In this document: positions 56,621 to 57,624 of the stretch, in pieces
Position numbering within the stretch: the stretch's first letter is position 1
Layout: the number at the start of each line of letters is the position of its first letter
NCBI GenBank assembly: GCA_964429745.1
Contig: CAYSDI010000009.1
Location: 1-57,624 of the forward strand
Direction of reading: 5' to 3'
Length of the DNA: 57,624 bases
Origin: an uncultured Chitinophagales bacterium
GTDB taxonomy: Bacteria > Bacteroidota > Bacteroidia > Chitinophagales > BACL12
Translations under genes and position numbers: made by a program
Notes under the pieces: generated by a model
Told to the model about the DNA's origin: nothing
The model's input: the letters and a program-made list of their open reading frames with translations, nothing else
Databases searched by the model: none

Positions 56621-57308
56621 GGAGCGGGGTTTCTTGCAGTGTGGCGTGGTGATCAATCAGCCCATCGCGCAGGCGGATCAGCCTTTTGGTGCGGCGAGCT
56701 ACTTCGTCTTCATGCGTAACGATAAGCACCGAAATTCCTTCGCGGTTCACCGCCTCAAACAGCTCCATGATTTCCAGCGAGGTCTGTGAGTCCAACGCAC
56801 CAGTGGGTTCATCAGCCAGAATAACTTTTGGCTGGCTTACCAGGGCCCGCGCAATGGCAACGCGCTGGTTTTGTCCACCTGACATTTCCGATGGAAGGTG
56901 GTCGGCCCAATCGGCGAGCCCTACACGCCCCAGGTATTCCAATGCCTTGCGGTTGCGCTCTTTGCGCCCGATTCCTTTGTAGTAAAGCGGCAGGGCCACA
57001 TTCTCCACCGCGTTTTTGAACGGCAACAGATTAAACGACTGAAACACAAATCCGATAAACGCATTGCGGTACTTTGCCGCCTGGTCCGGTTTTAGGTTTC
57101 GGATGGGCACACCATCCAATTCATACAAGCCCTCATCATAGTCATCCAGGATACCCAATACGTTCAAGAGCGTGGACTTTCCAGACCCCGAAGAACCCAT
57201 GATGGACACAAATTCACCGGCCTCAATATTCAGGTCAATGCCCTTGAGCACTTCCAATTTACGAGAACCTATGCGGTAAGATTTGCGGATATTGTTTAGT
57301 CTGATCAT
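56613..57308 (-). CDS. MacB/LolD-type ABC ATPase
   Basis: 231 aa. Contains [38 protein letters not shown] and VTHEDEV. Confidence 0.9.
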   Translation of the reverse strand: MIRLNNIRKSYRIGSRKLEVLKGIDLNIEAGEFVSIMGSSGSGKSTLLNVLGILDDYDEGLYELDGVPIRNLKPDQAAKYRNAFIGFVFQSFNLLPFKNAVENVALPLYYKGIGRKERNRKALEYLGRVGLADWADHLPSEMSGGQNQRVAIARALVSQPKVILADEPTGALDSQTSLEIMELFEAVNREGISVLIVTHEDEVARRTKRLIRLRDGLIDHHATLQETPLHG

Positions 57309-57624
57309 GTTCGGGCCAAGGGGCTCCGTTCGCTATGCCAGTCTGCCTGGCACCCGGACTTTTGGAACTTACCCGCGGCAAAGAGCCGCTTTCTTTACGG
57401 GCTTGCAAAGCCAGCTTAACGGGATTAACGGAAGATTAACATATTTCGTGTTTAACAAGATCAAAAAATCCCCGGTTGTTGAGGCGGATCTGCCCTCGTG
57501 ACTCTCTATTGGCGCTCGGAGCATAGACGCTCGGACTGCGCATAACGTTACAGGCAGCCCTGGAACGCAGCGGAACTACAACCAACCTGTACGCACGGCC
57601 AGTTGCAACAGGAGGTTGGCATAC

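Noticed and set aside
57353-57362. The minus-strand AAAGTCCGGG, followed by a TGCCAG hairpin, resembles the conserved GGAAAGUCCGGGC core of RNase P RNA.
   Set aside because: In RNase P that motif lies near the 5' end of a 350-400-nt RNA. Here the ABC ATPase CDS starts only ~45 nt downstream on the same strand, leaving no room. No other RNase P conserved regions were seen. The match is most likely chance, within a 5' leader.
57576-57624. A short open frame at the window edge (minus strand, ...YANLLLQLAVRTGWL-stop) could be the 3' end of a TolC-like gene.
   Set aside because: Only 16 codons are visible, which is far too little to call a CDS or a family. It is mentioned only as something to check by extending the contig.

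Overview
This 57.6-kb window reads as core chromosome of a Bacteroidota organism. The diagnostic features are a fused lpxC-fabZ between lpxD and lpxA, several type IX secretion (T9SS) parts (PorX, a PorP/SprF-family gene, a type-B C-terminal sorting domain), and the nusB-DUF1573-yajC-YbbR-coaE block. Operons are tight, with ATGA or 8-nt overlaps and frequent TTG/GTG starts. I call about 47 protein genes, most of them housekeeping: heme synthesis hemA and hemC-hemD, lipid A lpxD/lpxC-fabZ/lpxA, sucC, ychF, msrB, coaE, yajC, nusB, tsaE, nnr, cobB, cdd, rocD, and amino-acid dehydrogenases. The rest are envelope functions: a 1558-aa PKD-array T9SS cargo with its PorP/SprF partner, a TonB-dependent receptor, a TPR/beta-barrel/SPOR operon, an M23 peptidase, and a MacAB-type ABC efflux module. 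I saw no rRNA, tRNA, CRISPR array, transposase, integrase or recognisable defence island, so I cannot honestly point to a clear novel system. The observations most worth follow-up are: (1) a small MITE/REP-like palindromic repeat family at three intergenic sites, always starting at a stop codon; (2) the uncharacterised TPR / 542-aa barrel / HU-CCDC81-SPOR operon, whose SPOR gene carries a 10-nt homopolymer; (3) an orphan radical SAM/SPASM gene near a Cys-rich mini-lipoprotein; (4) a PSCyt-like lipoprotein with C-x4-CH spacing next to an alkaline-phosphatase-superfamily gene; (5) an orphan ABC ATPase with apparently degenerate catalytic loops overlapping lpxA. All family assignments were made by eye from motifs. 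No HMM or BLAST search was run.
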